Source: Flectonema sp. DT1601
Lineage: Eukaryota
NCBI GenBank assembly: GCA_964019425.1
Contig: OZ025801.1
Location: forward strand, 558,001-622,000
DNA length: 64,000 nt
Reading direction: 5' to 3'
This document shows positions 45,863-57,976 of this stretch, one piece after another (position 1 is the stretch's first letter; each line of letters begins with the position of its first letter). Below the pieces are notes generated by a model, which worked only from the letters and a program-made list of their open reading frames with translations, was not told the origin of the DNA and made no database searches. Both the position numbers and the translations under genes were made by a program.

Positions 45863-46694
45863 CTCTTTTCTCGTTAAAGCAGTAATAGATTGCCACCAAA
45901 CAGAGTAAGCAATAACACGTTTACCACTACTGTGCCCTGGGAAAAAAAAAAAAAAAAAAAAAAAGAAACCCCTCTCTGCCCATTATATTATCTCTTATTG
46001 TTCTCCGTATGACCATCAATAGAAGACACCCTCGTAATTTTTGGGGATTAGTTGACACTTTTCAAAAAAGTCTTTCGTTGCAGAGAAGGGACGTGCACAC
46101 CCCACACTAGTGGACAGCTCTTTTTTTTTTTTTTTTTTTTTCCACTTGAAATTTAAAAACTTAAAAATTTAAAAAAACTAATAAAAGAGAGGAAAAAAAA
46201 AAGGGGGTGAAACTTTGACTATGTAAAAAAAAACAGTAACAACTATTAGGTGTTAATACGAAATTAATATCAAATACTTGTTTGTAGTTGTTAATCAAAG
46301 AAAAGGAGAAAAGGGAAGGAGAAGGACTCGAAGTTATTTCTCGAAGGATTCCCTTTTTTGGATCGCAAGAGTAAAAATCCCTAAAAAAAAAAAGGCAGGA
46401 GGTAGAAAACAGCTTCGATGGTAACAAACGACTTGAGGGGAAGAATTGAATTGCGGGTTTTTTTTTTTTTTTTAAAAAATTTCAGCTTTATTTTAAGCAA
46501 CAAAAAAAAATTGAAAAAAAAAAAAAAAAAAAACGATAATTTGACAATCTGTTAACGATACAGCGAAAAGACTTTAGCTTTTTTTTTTTTTTATAATAAG
46601 AAACTGAAGCACCGGGTATGTATGCTTATGTGTTCAGTCATTCGTGTTACCGCACATCCTCTGGGTCTTTGCAAATATCTGAATTTTAGAAAAA

Positions 46695-46833
46695 AACTTT
46701 CAGATAAGCCTTATACTTTGTTGATCGGCGACAGTATTTCTACCGCACAGGGGAAATAGATAACATTTTGACCATAAATAAATAAACGGCTATTTTAATC
46801 TGAATAGTTTTCTTCTACCGACTTCGTCGGTGC
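46695..46833 (+). mobile_element. F1 copy (subfamily B)
   Basis: ttcagataagcc...aatctgaatagttt...accgacttcgtcggt. Confidence 0.85.
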
Positions 46834-46969
46834 ATTGAAACACCTTTTTTTTTTTTTTTTTTAAATTATCCTATGTAATTCCCATGTTAAGTCTAACTTG
46901 AAGTGAACCAATGGAAGTTTATTAAACTGACATTCCACCATTTCTGGTTGAACGCTTCGTAGAGATGGA

Positions 46970-47073
46970 CTAGATAAAGAAGTCGAATACATTGCGTGCT
47001 GAGCATCTCTGATACAGCAAACTAAAGAGCATCGGGTTAACTCCCCAGAGCTACGAAGCAATGTAATTAAACC
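46970..47073. repeat. F3 copy
   Basis: Matches 1430-1535. Confidence 0.8.
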
Positions 47074-47767
47074 TTTGTTAACTAAAAAAAAGAAATAAAA
47101 AAAAAGAAGAAAAAAAGAAAAAAAAAAGGCAGCCTGCTGTAGATAACAAAAAGATATAAAAAAAAAAAAATAATTATAAAAAAAAAAAAAAAAAAAAAAA
47201 GAACGTTCATCACAAAGAGCAACGAAAATAACAGTTTTTTAACCAAACAAAAAAAATTGGGGGTTTTGTGGAAAAAAAAAAAAAAAAAAAATGATTTAGA
47301 AAAAAAATTCCTTTTTCAGGAAAAGGGTTTTAAAGTAGCTAGGTTTTAATAGCTATCAGTCAATCATATAAAAAATCAAATGCAAATAAACACTAGTGGG
47401 GGTCAATTAGTTTTGTAATCCAACGTTGCTGTATATTTTGAGTGCTCTAAGAGGTAACTCACAGCAACAGAGGACCCAATCCGTAACCGTTTCCGAAGGC
47501 TGGAGCATGGATTGTTGAGTTAGTTTGAAATAAAGGAAAATTAGCTTTTTTTTTTTTCTTTTTAATTTTTTAGTTTTAAGTACACTCTTGAGGTTGGCGT
47601 CTTGCATTTTTTTTTTTTTTTTTCCCGCAACCAATCTCATTTAATCACTAGTTTGTCTCAAAGAGTAAAAAACCTTTCAGATCAGTTTTTTTGAAATAAC
47701 CAACTGCACTCATACATTCACTTAGCTAAGCATCACATTGCGAGTTGAATCAGTGAGTAGAATATCA

Positions 47768-47883
47768 AAACTATTCAGATTAGCCTTATATTTCATTGAA
47801 CGCAGACAAAATCCTGTCGCACGGGGAAAATAAGAAATATCGGCTTTCAATCTGAATAGTTTCTTCTCCGACTACGTCGGCAC
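47768..47883 (+). mobile_element. F1 copy with perfect 14-bp inverted repeats
   Basis: aaactattcagatt / aatctgaatagttt, then ccgactacgtcgg. Confidence 0.92.
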
Positions 47884-47949
47884 AAAAAAAAAAAAAAAAA
47901 AAAAAAAAAAACTTAAAAATTAAAAAATCGTTCAAATACTTTATTATTT

Positions 47950-48038
47950 ATTAATCGCTGACAGTAGAAAAACATTTGACCATAAATAAATAAACAGATT
48001 TTAATCTGAATAGTTTCTTCTACCGACTTTGTCGATGC
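47950..48038 (+). mobile_element. Truncated F1 copy (subfamily B)
   Basis: tttgaccataaataaataaac...aatctgaatagttt...ccgactttgtcg. Confidence 0.8.
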
Positions 48039-48673
48039 AAAAAAAAAACTAAATAGTAACAATAATAATTTATTCTCGCGCCTGTTGCCTTTTTTTTTTT
48101 TTTTTTTTTTCTTGTCACACACAACCATAACATAAAAAAGATACACAACCAACAAATTAAACGAGGCGTTCTACGAACTTTCTAAGGGGATTGCGCCTTC
48201 AGTATGCGTCTGCGATGATCCTAAATCTCCCACGCTGACGCATTAAACCAAGGCAGTGTCACCCTTCTTAAGGAGACTGTGTACGCCTTCAGTAAGAGCG
48301 AGCCAATAGCAAGATATGCACACTACACTGACGCATTAAACGAGTCTGATTGGTATCCGCCAACCTATCTTGAAGAAGATGGGAAACCTTTTTAACTGAC
48401 GTCAATGCTTAGTAGGCGCGAGTCATGATCATTTGTACACATCGGCCCCCGAGCTGGGGGTCGTCGTGATTTAGATCGATAAATTGATTATTCTTGTTCT
48501 GATTAGCTTTTGAATACCAAAATAAATATACTCAGAGAGTCTTTCATATTTTAGAATAGCCAGCCAACAATGAAAAAAAAAAGAAGAAAAAAAAAAAAAA
48601 AAGACCATAGATATGACTACACTTACATAACGAATATCGTCAGTATTAAGTACTCAGGGGAGGGGAGAGAGAG

Positions 48674-48705
<32 letters not shown>

Positions 48706-49287
48706 CCATTTGTAAACCTGATCAATAAAAGACCTACGCAAGATTGTATAACACGGGAGCCTATACCTATATCTTAATAGACTCCGTTTGTAGCATTCTG
48801 TTGTCAAAACAAACAACACTCCTTTTACACCCACGCACAAAGGGAGGTTTTCCATTAGCCGTTGTAAGCGACGGAGTTATATAAAAAAAAGAAAATAATA
48901 ACAATAATAAAAATTTTGGCAACACACAGCAACAGAATGAAAAAAAAGGAAAAGAAAAAAAACTTTCAACATATTATAACTGACTTATATAAAAAAAACA
49001 AAACAGAAATAGAACCGTCTGGAAAAGTGAGGGATGGAGATGCGATTTTTTTTTTTTTTTTTTTTTTGCTTTTTTTTTTTTTTAATTTATCGAAGTAAAA
49101 ACACACAAAGTTTTCACGTTTATTCATTCAGCCTTCGCCATTGCGGAAGCGACTTTTTTTTTTTTTTTTTTTTTTTTTCTTCTTATACACTTTGATAAGA
49201 TAAAAAAAACTCTAGACCTACCTCCCCCCAAGAAAAAAAAAAAAAAGCAATGCAACAATATCCAAATATTTTCAAAAATGAATACTG

Positions 49288-52200
49288 CTACCTGTCAGTA
49301 TCACTATCCATTGAATTTTCAGATGAAGCCGAGTCCTTAATCTCAAGAGTGACACTAGCAGTAGTTCCAATTGCTGAAGAAACTATTCGATTTATATTAT
49401 CACTTGCTTCACTGGTATCACGTTGGATATCTGTTGGTGGCAGTGGAGGTGGAGGAATAAGAAGCTCTGGAGGCGGACTCGGTGGTTCACTCGGCGGAGG
49501 CGAAGGCACCTCCGATAAATCAGGTGAAATAGTTCTCAAATCCCTTTCCATTCCACAACTAGATCCTGGTAAAACTGGTGGTGACAATGGGTTATTCCCC
49601 GGGGTACTTAAATAATGACTTGACACTGATCTGATGTCTTGAGGCACATGTTCTTGTGATCTCATTCTCTGTGCCGCATGTGCCATAGTCAGTACAGCCT
49701 TTAGTGTGTTGCCTCCTGAATTTTGAAAATTCAAACGAGCTACTCTCCCTCTCCATAAACTTTGAATTTTCATAGCAGCAAGAGATTGAGAAACATCCAC
49801 ACAACTGTCTGATGGAATTTCGAAAGGAACAATTTCACTCCAACGCTTATCAAAACCTGCTTTTATATCAGCAGGCAGGGTAATCTCACTGGCAGTCACT
49901 TCCTTATTAAGTAACACTGTGCAACACCGTAGAATAACATTTCTAAATGCAACTTTTCCATCAGCAGTTTCGTACAAACCACCAACTATTTGTGCCAAGT
50001 CTTTTGGTCGTTTCGCACCTCCCAAACCTAAAGGCGGTGGTACCGATCTCAAGAACCCAGGCAGACGCGTAGTTGCAATTGTAGCTGTTCCACTGGGATC
50101 GTAGACTTTCCACTTATTCATGAACCCGTGTACATCCATAACAGTTAGTAGATTATCCTCCTCTGCTTGTGCAGTAAAGAAGTCCTCCAAGATGACGGCA
50201 ATTATTAAGTTTAATATAATAAATGTTCCCAAAAGCATGAAAGAAACAAAATAAAAAGGAGCACCATAAGGTGATCCACAGCTGTCTAATTGCGGATCAC
50301 AGCTGGGTTCAGTACTGACTTGACAGTCGTGTAGAATTCCCTGCCAAGCTTCTCCAGTAGTCATTCTGACTAATAAAAGCATCGCGTTCTTGAAATCGTC
50401 GAAATTCGCTTGATCTGAGAGATATTTTCCTCTTTGCATTTTTCCGAAAATTTTAACTCCGACGACGGCGTACAAGAAAATCAAAATCAGAAGCAATCCA
50501 GCCACATTAACCAAACCAGGAAGGGACAACATCAGCGTTCTGATCAACGTTCGAATACCTTTCGCAATTCGTACTGCTCGAAGTAGCCTTGCAAGACGAA
50601 GGACTCTGAATAATGATAAAGCAGGTCCAGTAACTAGCAATCCAACACAGGTGATAACAAAAACGCTAAAGTCGAATTTGTCCCAATGGTCTTGAAAATA
50701 CCCTCTTGGAGACATAGCGATGCATTTCAACACGACTTCAAGACCAAACAAAGACACGAATGAGACATTAACTATGTACAAAGCGTTATCCCATTCCTTT
50801 GATTGACCAGAGTGTTCTAATCCCATAGCGATAGTGTTTAGCATAATACAAGTCATTATGAATGTATCAAATCTCTTATGGAGGATTGCTCGATGGAGAG
50901 CTAGTCTGAATGAACCAAGATCTGCCTGTCTATGAAAAGGTTTAACATTAGCTGTAACAACTGAAAGGATTTCTTTCCATTCGGTTTGTTCAGGTGAGAG
51001 TGCAGTGTTGTTGTTCGCTTCTAATATCCTTTGTTGACGATCATATTTATCTACCAACACACCAGTAAATAAATTTACCAAAAAGAAAGCACCGACGACA
51101 ATAAACACAACGAAATACAGTGCCATCAGCGGTTGGTGATTTCTTTCACCAGAATATCCTTCTTCGGTAGCGTCAATTCCCATGTTAGTCACTTCAATCC
51201 AACCCTCGAGGGTTGCTATTTCAAACAGCGTTAGAACAGCACTTCCCAAATTATCGAAGTTACTCGGATGAGCTTGCCATCTAAAACCTGCTTCGTTACA
51301 CGATGCAATATTAGTATAAGCTGGTTTATCACCCCAGAGTATGTTGGTGCATGCTCCAAATTTTCCAGCAAAAAAATGAACCCCAGTAATACCGAATATC
51401 GTGAGAATCATAATCGATAAGATAAAAACGTGTGACAGAGACGGGATAGCAGCCATGAGAGACTCCAAAACTAGTCTCATTCCTCTTATTTTAGAAACTG
51501 CTCTGAGTGGTCGAAGCGATCTCATCATTCTGACGACTTCAAAAACATCGACAGCACTCTTACTAGTTCCCATTAGATTTAAAGTAACGGTTGTTATACC
51601 GCATATTACAATAAAGAAGTCAAGACGATTCCAAGGGTCTCTTCTTAAATACGATCCCGGACTCGCAATAAAACCATAAGCGATGATCTTAAGAAGGGAT
51701 TCAAACGTAAATAACGACGTCACGACGATGTCGAAGATTGATAGAATCCTTGGAAGTTTGGTATCAGGAGCGGCAATGGGATTCTCAAGTGTCAGAGTCG
51801 CTGATGAAAATAAAACGACGACAATAACGATTGCTTCGAACGTACGGGATTCGCAAACTTTACGAAGTTTTGATCGCAGAACACTATCTGAAGGAAGATA
51901 CATGAAAGACGATAACTGTTGTGAATCTTCTCGTTGCTGAATCCCTCCATTACAATACGACTGATATTCTATTCTGGGAGGCATTGCACTTTGATTAACA
52001 TCTTCATCTAACGGTATTATTTTATCAACCCCAGAAAGAACAGATGAACTTCTCGCTTGTGACAATGTCGGTATCTGGAGTTCTATATTTCTAAGTCTTT
52101 CCAGAGCCTCACTTTGTTTTAATTTTTCTTGTTTTGCTAACTCTGATACCCGTTCCCATAGCTGATGGCCTTCTTGAGCACTTCCAACAGCGCAAGATGA

Positions 52201-54852
52201 CAATAATTTCTGAACATGTGTTTCAATAACTTCGCTGTCACCGTTAGGTTCGTCTAATATATTTACTCTGTCGATACCCGTCGTAGTTCGTAACAGTTCC
52301 TCAGCTACCTTCAGACAAGTATCATTAATTTCAACTTGCTCTGGCTCTCTGCTGTACGTAGACTCTCGTCTTCTCCCCGTCTCTGGTCCTTTTCCTTGAA
52401 TACGATTATTTCTGTAGCAGCAGCATAAAGATGATAGAAATGATGGTAGCTGTCTCTCAGGTGGTTTTTCCTGAGGGTCTTCATCGTTTTCTGTGACTGA
52501 TGCGAGTCCGCTGAATAAAACAGCAACGAACAGATTAAGAACCATATAATTACCAATAACAACTAAGGTTGTGAAATAAAGCGCTGCTGCATTGCTGGAA
52601 CCGCGCATTCCATTATACATCACGAGATTCCAGTCCTCTGCCGTTACAATTTTGAAAACCGTGAGAAGTGATTCCCACAAAGTATCAAAATTTTCACGTG
52701 GAACATGCGTGCATCCAACCGTCTCATTTACCACAGTGAGGGTGTCCACGTCAAGACCGCAAAAATGTCCTCCAAAAAATTGCATTCCCAACAACGCATA
52801 TATAAAAATTACTAACAATAACAAAACAGTTAAAACCGAAGCTCCTACTAAGGAACGTTCTAGCGTCTTAGTGAACTTGTATAGCTCTGGAAACTGACGT
52901 AGGAATCTCATTAGTCGAAATGATCGAAAAGAACTTGCACCAACCGTACCAGATATAACAAACAAGTCTAAAAGAGAAACGATTACAATAATCAAATCAA
53001 ATATGTTGAATCTATCTCCAATGAACTCCTTTCTAGACAGGGTTAAGACTTTTGCCAACGACTCAGCTAAAAATATAAAAGTAAAAACGTAATTCGAAGC
53101 GTGTTGCAATTTTGTTAAACTTTCTGGTTGATCAGCGAACCTCGTCATTAAAACGATCGTATTTAAAAATATCAAAGCCATAATTATCCAAGTGAACCTC
53201 GGATTAAGAACAATGATCCTCAGACGGAATCTAAAAGCATCAAACATCACTCTAAATCGACTCTTTTCACTCGACTCTGTATCCTGAGACACCGGCACAT
53301 CAACAGCACATGTTAGTTGCACTTGCGAAGATGCAATTTTCCGTAGTTCATCTTGAATCCGAAGGGATTCTACCTCCCTAAACGTTGCTTCATTTTGATG
53401 CTCGTTTTGAACTTTTACATTCCCCTCAAAAGACGTATTGATGATCGCAAGTGTTAAGTTTATTATAAAAAAAGTTCCAACCATAATAATGAATATAAAA
53501 TACAGCGACGCAAAAGGTGTCGTCGCATCGACAACGTGGTACATCGTTTCCGTCCATCCTTCTAAAGTTAGAGCCGTGAAGAGAGTTAGAAATGCCATTC
53601 CAATATTATCAAAAGAAGTTTTTCCATTCCCAGGATTTTGAAAATGAACACATTCATATCCCCAAGGACATTTATAGCTGTATAACCGATCAAAATTCGA
53701 CGTGCAAACTCGTCGTTGGATTTCTATTTCCGGTGGAGATTTAGACATATCAAAACATCTCGTGGATAACTGTCCTCTCCATAATCTAACAGCCATGATT
53801 CCCATAATTAATAAGAATGACGTGTAAAGGAGCATCACATCTGCTAGTTGAGGTACAGAGTTCACAAGTGAATTCATTATAATGTGAACTTGTTTAAATT
53901 TTGAAGCTGCTCTGAGTGGTCGGAGAAGTCTGAGGGCTCGAAGACCGCTGATTGCTCCTCCATTGCTGCCTTCTGTCCCGCTTGCTAATTCATAAATAAT
54001 AGTGATGGCAGCAGATATGACTATGATTCCGTCCAGAACGTTCCATGGATCCCTCATATAAGAGAATGAATTTTCATACAATCCAACACTTAAAATTTTC
54101 AACCCCATTTCAATTGCAAAACAACCAGCGAAAACGTATTCAGATCGAAAGCTCATTTGATTTCGTATCGAACTATTATCCGTATCAGTCGGGTCTTCAA
54201 GAGCTAAGAAGACACAATTTAATAAAATCAATGCAAGAACAATTCTATTAAAAGCCCTTGATTCAATAATAGCTATCAAATCCTGTCTCCATTTAGGTAA
54301 TGAGTGTCGTTCACCTACCATAGTACGAAGGTATTTAAAAGCTTCGACATGACACGCTTGATCGTTGACTAACTTACAAACTTCTGGAGCGACATGAAAT
54401 TGAGCAGCATTTCTAAGATATGGTTGGAAATCAGAATTTGATGCTCCGTCAGGTCTTCGGGTGATCAGAGCAGCGGAAGACCTCCGTCGACGATTCGGAG
54501 GAGGTGAAATAATTGATAGCCTCTCAGCTTTGTCACCAACACCCACAGGATCGAACGAACTAGATAACACTGGACTACTTATATACGAAGGCAGTGGAGA
54601 TATTGACGGATTCTGCTTCCATCTGGCAGTTGACGGCGATCGCTTTCTTCGTTGATGAACTTTTCTTCTCACCTCAGAACTTGCTGACAAACTCGGAGGA
54701 CTAACAATCCCATCACATGCTGATGATGATGAAAGATCACTCTCACAACATGAACTCACAGGTGCTGATAGCAGAGAAGTCTTTTGCTGAAAGGGAATAG
54801 TCGATAGTTGTGGAGGTAGCCCATTGGCGTTCACTCCGTCGTCATTTTCCAT
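49288..54852 (-). CDS. Four-domain voltage-gated calcium channel alpha-1 subunit
   Basis: Four S4 Arg arrays; pore loops TLEGW, TAEDW, TLEGW, TGEAW (EEEE filter); EF-like W..YDP and IQ motif KIQSLWRG. Confidence 0.96.
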   Translation of the reverse strand: MENDDGVNANGLPPQLSTIPFQQKTSLLSAPVSSCCESDLSSSSACDGIVSPPSLSASSEVRRKVHQRRKRSPSTARWKQNPSISPLPSYISSPVLSSSFDPVGVGDKAERLSIISPPPNRRRRSSAALITRRPDGASNSDFQPYLRNAAQFHVAPEVCKLVNDQACHVEAFKYLRTMVGERHSLPKWRQDLIAIIESRAFNRIVLALILLNCVFLALEDPTDTDNSSIRNQMSFRSEYVFAGCFAIEMGLKILSVGLYENSFSYMRDPWNVLDGIIVISAAITIIYELASGTEGSNGGAISGLRALRLLRPLRAASKFKQVHIIMNSLVNSVPQLADVMLLYTSFLLIMGIMAVRLWRGQLSTRCFDMSKSPPEIEIQRRVCTSNFDRLYSYKCPWGYECVHFQNPGNGKTSFDNIGMAFLTLFTALTLEGWTETMYHVVDATTPFASLYFIFIIMVGTFFIINLTLAIINTSFEGNVKVQNEHQNEATFREVESLRIQDELRKIASSQVQLTCAVDVPVSQDTESSEKSRFRVMFDAFRFRLRIIVLNPRFTWIIMALIFLNTIVLMTRFADQPESLTKLQHASNYVFTFIFLAESLAKVLTLSRKEFIGDRFNIFDLIIVIVSLLDLFVISGTVGASSFRSFRLMRFLRQFPELYKFTKTLERSLVGASVLTVLLLLVIFIYALLGMQFFGGHFCGLDVDTLTVVNETVGCTHVPRENFDTLWESLLTVFKIVTAEDWNLVMYNGMRGSSNAAALYFTTLVVIGNYMVLNLFVAVLFSGLASVTENDEDPQEKPPERQLPSFLSSLCCCYRNNRIQGKGPETGRRRESTYSREPEQVEINDTCLKVAEELLRTTTGIDRVNILDEPNGDSEVIETHVQKLLSSCAVGSAQEGHQLWERVSELAKQEKLKQSEALERLRNIELQIPTLSQARSSSVLSGVDKIIPLDEDVNQSAMPPRIEYQSYCNGGIQQREDSQQLSSFMYLPSDSVLRSKLRKVCESRTFEAIVIVVVLFSSATLTLENPIAAPDTKLPRILSIFDIVVTSLFTFESLLKIIAYGFIASPGSYLRRDPWNRLDFFIVICGITTVTLNLMGTSKSAVDVFEVVRMMRSLRPLRAVSKIRGMRLVLESLMAAIPSLSHVFILSIMILTIFGITGVHFFAGKFGACTNILWGDKPAYTNIASCNEAGFRWQAHPSNFDNLGSAVLTLFEIATLEGWIEVTNMGIDATEEGYSGERNHQPLMALYFVVFIVVGAFFLVNLFTGVLVDKYDRQQRILEANNNTALSPEQTEWKEILSVVTANVKPFHRQADLGSFRLALHRAILHKRFDTFIMTCIMLNTIAMGLEHSGQSKEWDNALYIVNVSFVSLFGLEVVLKCIAMSPRGYFQDHWDKFDFSVFVITCVGLLVTGPALSLFRVLRLARLLRAVRIAKGIRTLIRTLMLSLPGLVNVAGLLLILIFLYAVVGVKIFGKMQRGKYLSDQANFDDFKNAMLLLVRMTTGEAWQGILHDCQVSTEPSCDPQLDSCGSPYGAPFYFVSFMLLGTFIILNLIIAVILEDFFTAQAEEDNLLTVMDVHGFMNKWKVYDPSGTATIATTRLPGFLRSVPPPLGLGGAKRPKDLAQIVGGLYETADGKVAFRNVILRCCTVLLNKEVTASEITLPADIKAGFDKRWSEIVPFEIPSDSCVDVSQSLAAMKIQSLWRGRVARLNFQNSGGNTLKAVLTMAHAAQRMRSQEHVPQDIRSVSSHYLSTPGNNPLSPPVLPGSSCGMERDLRTISPDLSEVPSPPPSEPPSPPPELLIPPPPLPPTDIQRDTSEASDNINRIVSSAIGTTASVTLEIKDSASSENSMDSDTDR

Positions 54853-55297
54853 TTAAACAACTAAACATCTATTTGGCTGCACAACTTCAAACAAACTGCT
54901 GGCCTCAGTAACCTCTGACTACTCTCTTACTCGTTTTCTTCTTATTTATTTTTTTTTTTCTGTGTAGAAAAAAAACATAAATTAAAAGTATTACAATTTT
55001 TTTTTTTTTTTAAAGAACAAAACGTAAGTCGTGTTTCATTCCGTCGATTTCTCATCAACTCTTTTCGTATGTCTCTCTTCTTCTTTTTTTTAAAAAAAAA
55101 CTTAACTTTTTGAACCAATCGTTAAACATAAGAGAAAAACTTAAAAATTAAGTCCGAAACAAAAGAGCTGCAATCTATAGAATACAGGCAATGCGATGTT
55201 CTTTCCCAAGTAGGAGACGGAATAGTTAGGATAAGAAAACCAAACTGCTACGGTAACTCCATGTCGTGTCGGAGTGTAATTACAAAGCAAATCCATT

Positions 55298-55900
55298 CTA
55301 CCACATCAGATCAACAGGTCGAGGTATGTGAGGTATACGAGACATTAATTCATATTCTTCAGGGACTAAGAATTCCTCATCATCGACAATCAAACCATCA
55401 GCAGGAGATAGATCAGGAAGACTCATTACCATAGGTAGTTCTGATGGAGGTTGTGGTGGTGGTGATGGCGGAGGCGCCGATATCATTGAAAACGATCCCT
55501 GTTGAGGAGGCTGTCTGCCTCCATTCCTGGACAAATTCTTATTTTGAAATTGATTTTGCTGCCGACCGACAAGTTCAAATCCCTGTCTCATCCCCATCAT
55601 CGATTGCATCAACACATCATTTATATTATGCCGTACTCCATACTGGTTAAATAGCTGTGCGACATCCTGAAGAAGTGTACCGCCTCGAGGTAGATTTAAT
55701 GATTTATCTATGTCTGGAAACATTAAGAATCCTTGATAAGGATTATATTCAGCCATCTCAAACGGTTGTCGTAATACGTCGTTCTTTGAATAAACACATT
55801 TACCTTTTGCATATCCTTGAAGGATAATTTCACCACCATGATCGGTGTCTGCACTGAATGGTTCGATAAAACGAATTACGGGAACTTGATTGTGTCTCAT
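55298..55900 (-). CDS. Hypothetical protein, Pro-rich C-terminus
   Basis: 200-aa ORF starting MRHNQ after an A-run. Confidence 0.75.
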   Translation of the reverse strand: MRHNQVPVIRFIEPFSADTDHGGEIILQGYAKGKCVYSKNDVLRQPFEMAEYNPYQGFLMFPDIDKSLNLPRGGTLLQDVAQLFNQYGVRHNINDVLMQSMMGMRQGFELVGRQQNQFQNKNLSRNGGRQPPQQGSFSMISAPPPSPPPQPPSELPMVMSLPDLSPADGLIVDDEEFLVPEEYELMSRIPHIPRPVDLMW

Positions 55901-56341
55901 TCTTGTTTTTTTTTTTTTTTTTTTTCTTGTACTTGCACCTTGCAAAAATAGAATAAAAAAAAAACTATACTTTTTTTTTCTGCTATATTGAATCGTGTGC
56001 CATTAGTTTTTTTTTTTACAACATACTGTATTGTAACCTGTTTTTGGTAGAAAAATAAATTTAAAAAAAAGAAACAGCTACTGGCTAACATTAAATTCAT
56101 ATGTTCTATTTTTTTTTCTAAATGGTACAGGACACAATTTTGACACATCCGATCAGTTTTTTTTTTTTTTTTTTTTTTCTAACCGGGAAGAAAACACATG
56201 TTAGTACAGTTCTGTTACTTTTCTCAGAGAGCAATAAATTACAACGAGGGCTAGGATAAGAAATGCGCCTGCCGTGGGTGGAGTAGAATTTTGATAGTCC
56301 AGAACAGTACTTTTGTTTTCTGACTACCCAGAAAAAACACG

Positions 56342-57976
56342 TCAGGAGGCAACTCGTACTTGACTACCAATTTTCTCAGATAGAATTCGACGGCAGTTAT
56401 TCAAACCCCAAATAACTTGTTGTGTGCTTACCCGAAGTCTTTTACTTTGTTCTTCTTCACGCTGTCGGTTTTCAGCTTTCGATGTACTCAATTCTATCCC
56501 ATCTTGGTTGTTTTGAAGTGACAAGGCTTCACTAACAGATCGACTTTTTGACAGCATCTCAGACTTTTAAACTTCTATTCAAACGTATTCAAGTTCTCGT
56601 TGATTCGAATAATTATAATTCTGATCATCTAAATTAACATTAATACCTGACGGAATATAAACACCCATCTGACTCGCTGTTATCGGATCAACATATGGAA
56701 GTGATGCCGTCAGTTTCGAGTTTAAAACTGTAATGCTATCTCGAAGTCGATTTCGTCTTTTTTTAAACAACTCATGTGATTTATGAGGAGTGCTAGAAAG
56801 TCGGAATTTCGGTTTTCTATTTGGAACGAATGCTTGCATGCGAAGAGATGTTGCGATTGACTCGACCTCATAAGGATCATTTAAGTCTATAGAGCCACCA
56901 ATTATACACCATAATAACTCATGTGAGAATAGAGATTTTGAACCTGAAGAAGTTAGTTTTGAGACAACCTGTTCTTTCCAATTAACTTCACGAGATTCGA
57001 TAATACTTAGTGTCGATCGTCTTAAGACTTCATCTGCGACAAATGGAGATGAACCCTCTCGTCCTGAAACAGCGATTTTGATACAAGGCCTGTTAGGAAA
57101 TTGAACCGAGAGGTCAGGAGTGTCACTGCCACATTCCCAAACTTGATTCCAATAGTCACTCTCATGAGATAATAGCTGAATCTGTAATTTTCTTGGATTA
57201 GAATTAATTGGAAACCAAACAGCGATAACACTCCCTTGTTTGTGTGAAAGCGATATTTCTTTTTCTGAAATTCGAAGAACCTCAGCAATATAACTCTTTA
57301 AAAACTGAAGACCCCCATCAGTATCAAGCCTTATCGTATTATCAGTTATTTTAATATTCGTATGACCAAAATACCGCACCTTACCAACGACCATAGCATC
57401 GACGACACCCGAATGATCGTTCATTCCAAAGAGAGTTCGATGTTTTTTTGATTGTTTGAATTTTGGATGAGTGACAAGCAGGTTAGATTTTAATTTTATA
57501 TTGTCATGGAGGATCTTTATTTCAACTCTTGACGACACCGTTACACAAAGTATTAAATCACACCAACAAGGATCACTCGAGTCCTCTATCGAACCGACGT
57601 CAACATGAATACCTAATTGCAAATCATTTTCTAATGGAAGCCATGATTCTGGTATTGGCATCTTTGGCATTGTCTCTAAGGTTGTATTTCCTGAGTAGCA
57701 TGTTGTTAAACGAATTAATTGTAAACTTCTAATAGTAACCGCAGAGTCAAGCGCATCCCACCAAAGACTCTCTTGAAGTTCGATTGGGAGACGACCGATG
57801 GCATCTTCAACAATTTTAGGACCACCTTCGACCCAAAACCCGGAGTATCCCAACCATCCATCAGCCTCTTCTCCAGTTCCTAAGAGAGAACTGAGTAGTT
57901 CCATTTCTGGTGTTCCAACTCCAGAAGCAACTAATTTAGAGAGTCGTTCTGCTTCATTATACAGTAAAGTAGTCAT
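56342..57976 (-). CDS. Hypothetical protein (465 aa, possibly extended through a 21-nt intron)
   Basis: Long ORF 57976-56579 plus in-frame downstream ORF 56557-56342. Confidence 0.7.

Noticed and set aside
48156..48400. CRISPR array
   Set aside because: Eukaryotic context, only 2-3 short alternating motifs, no cas genes.
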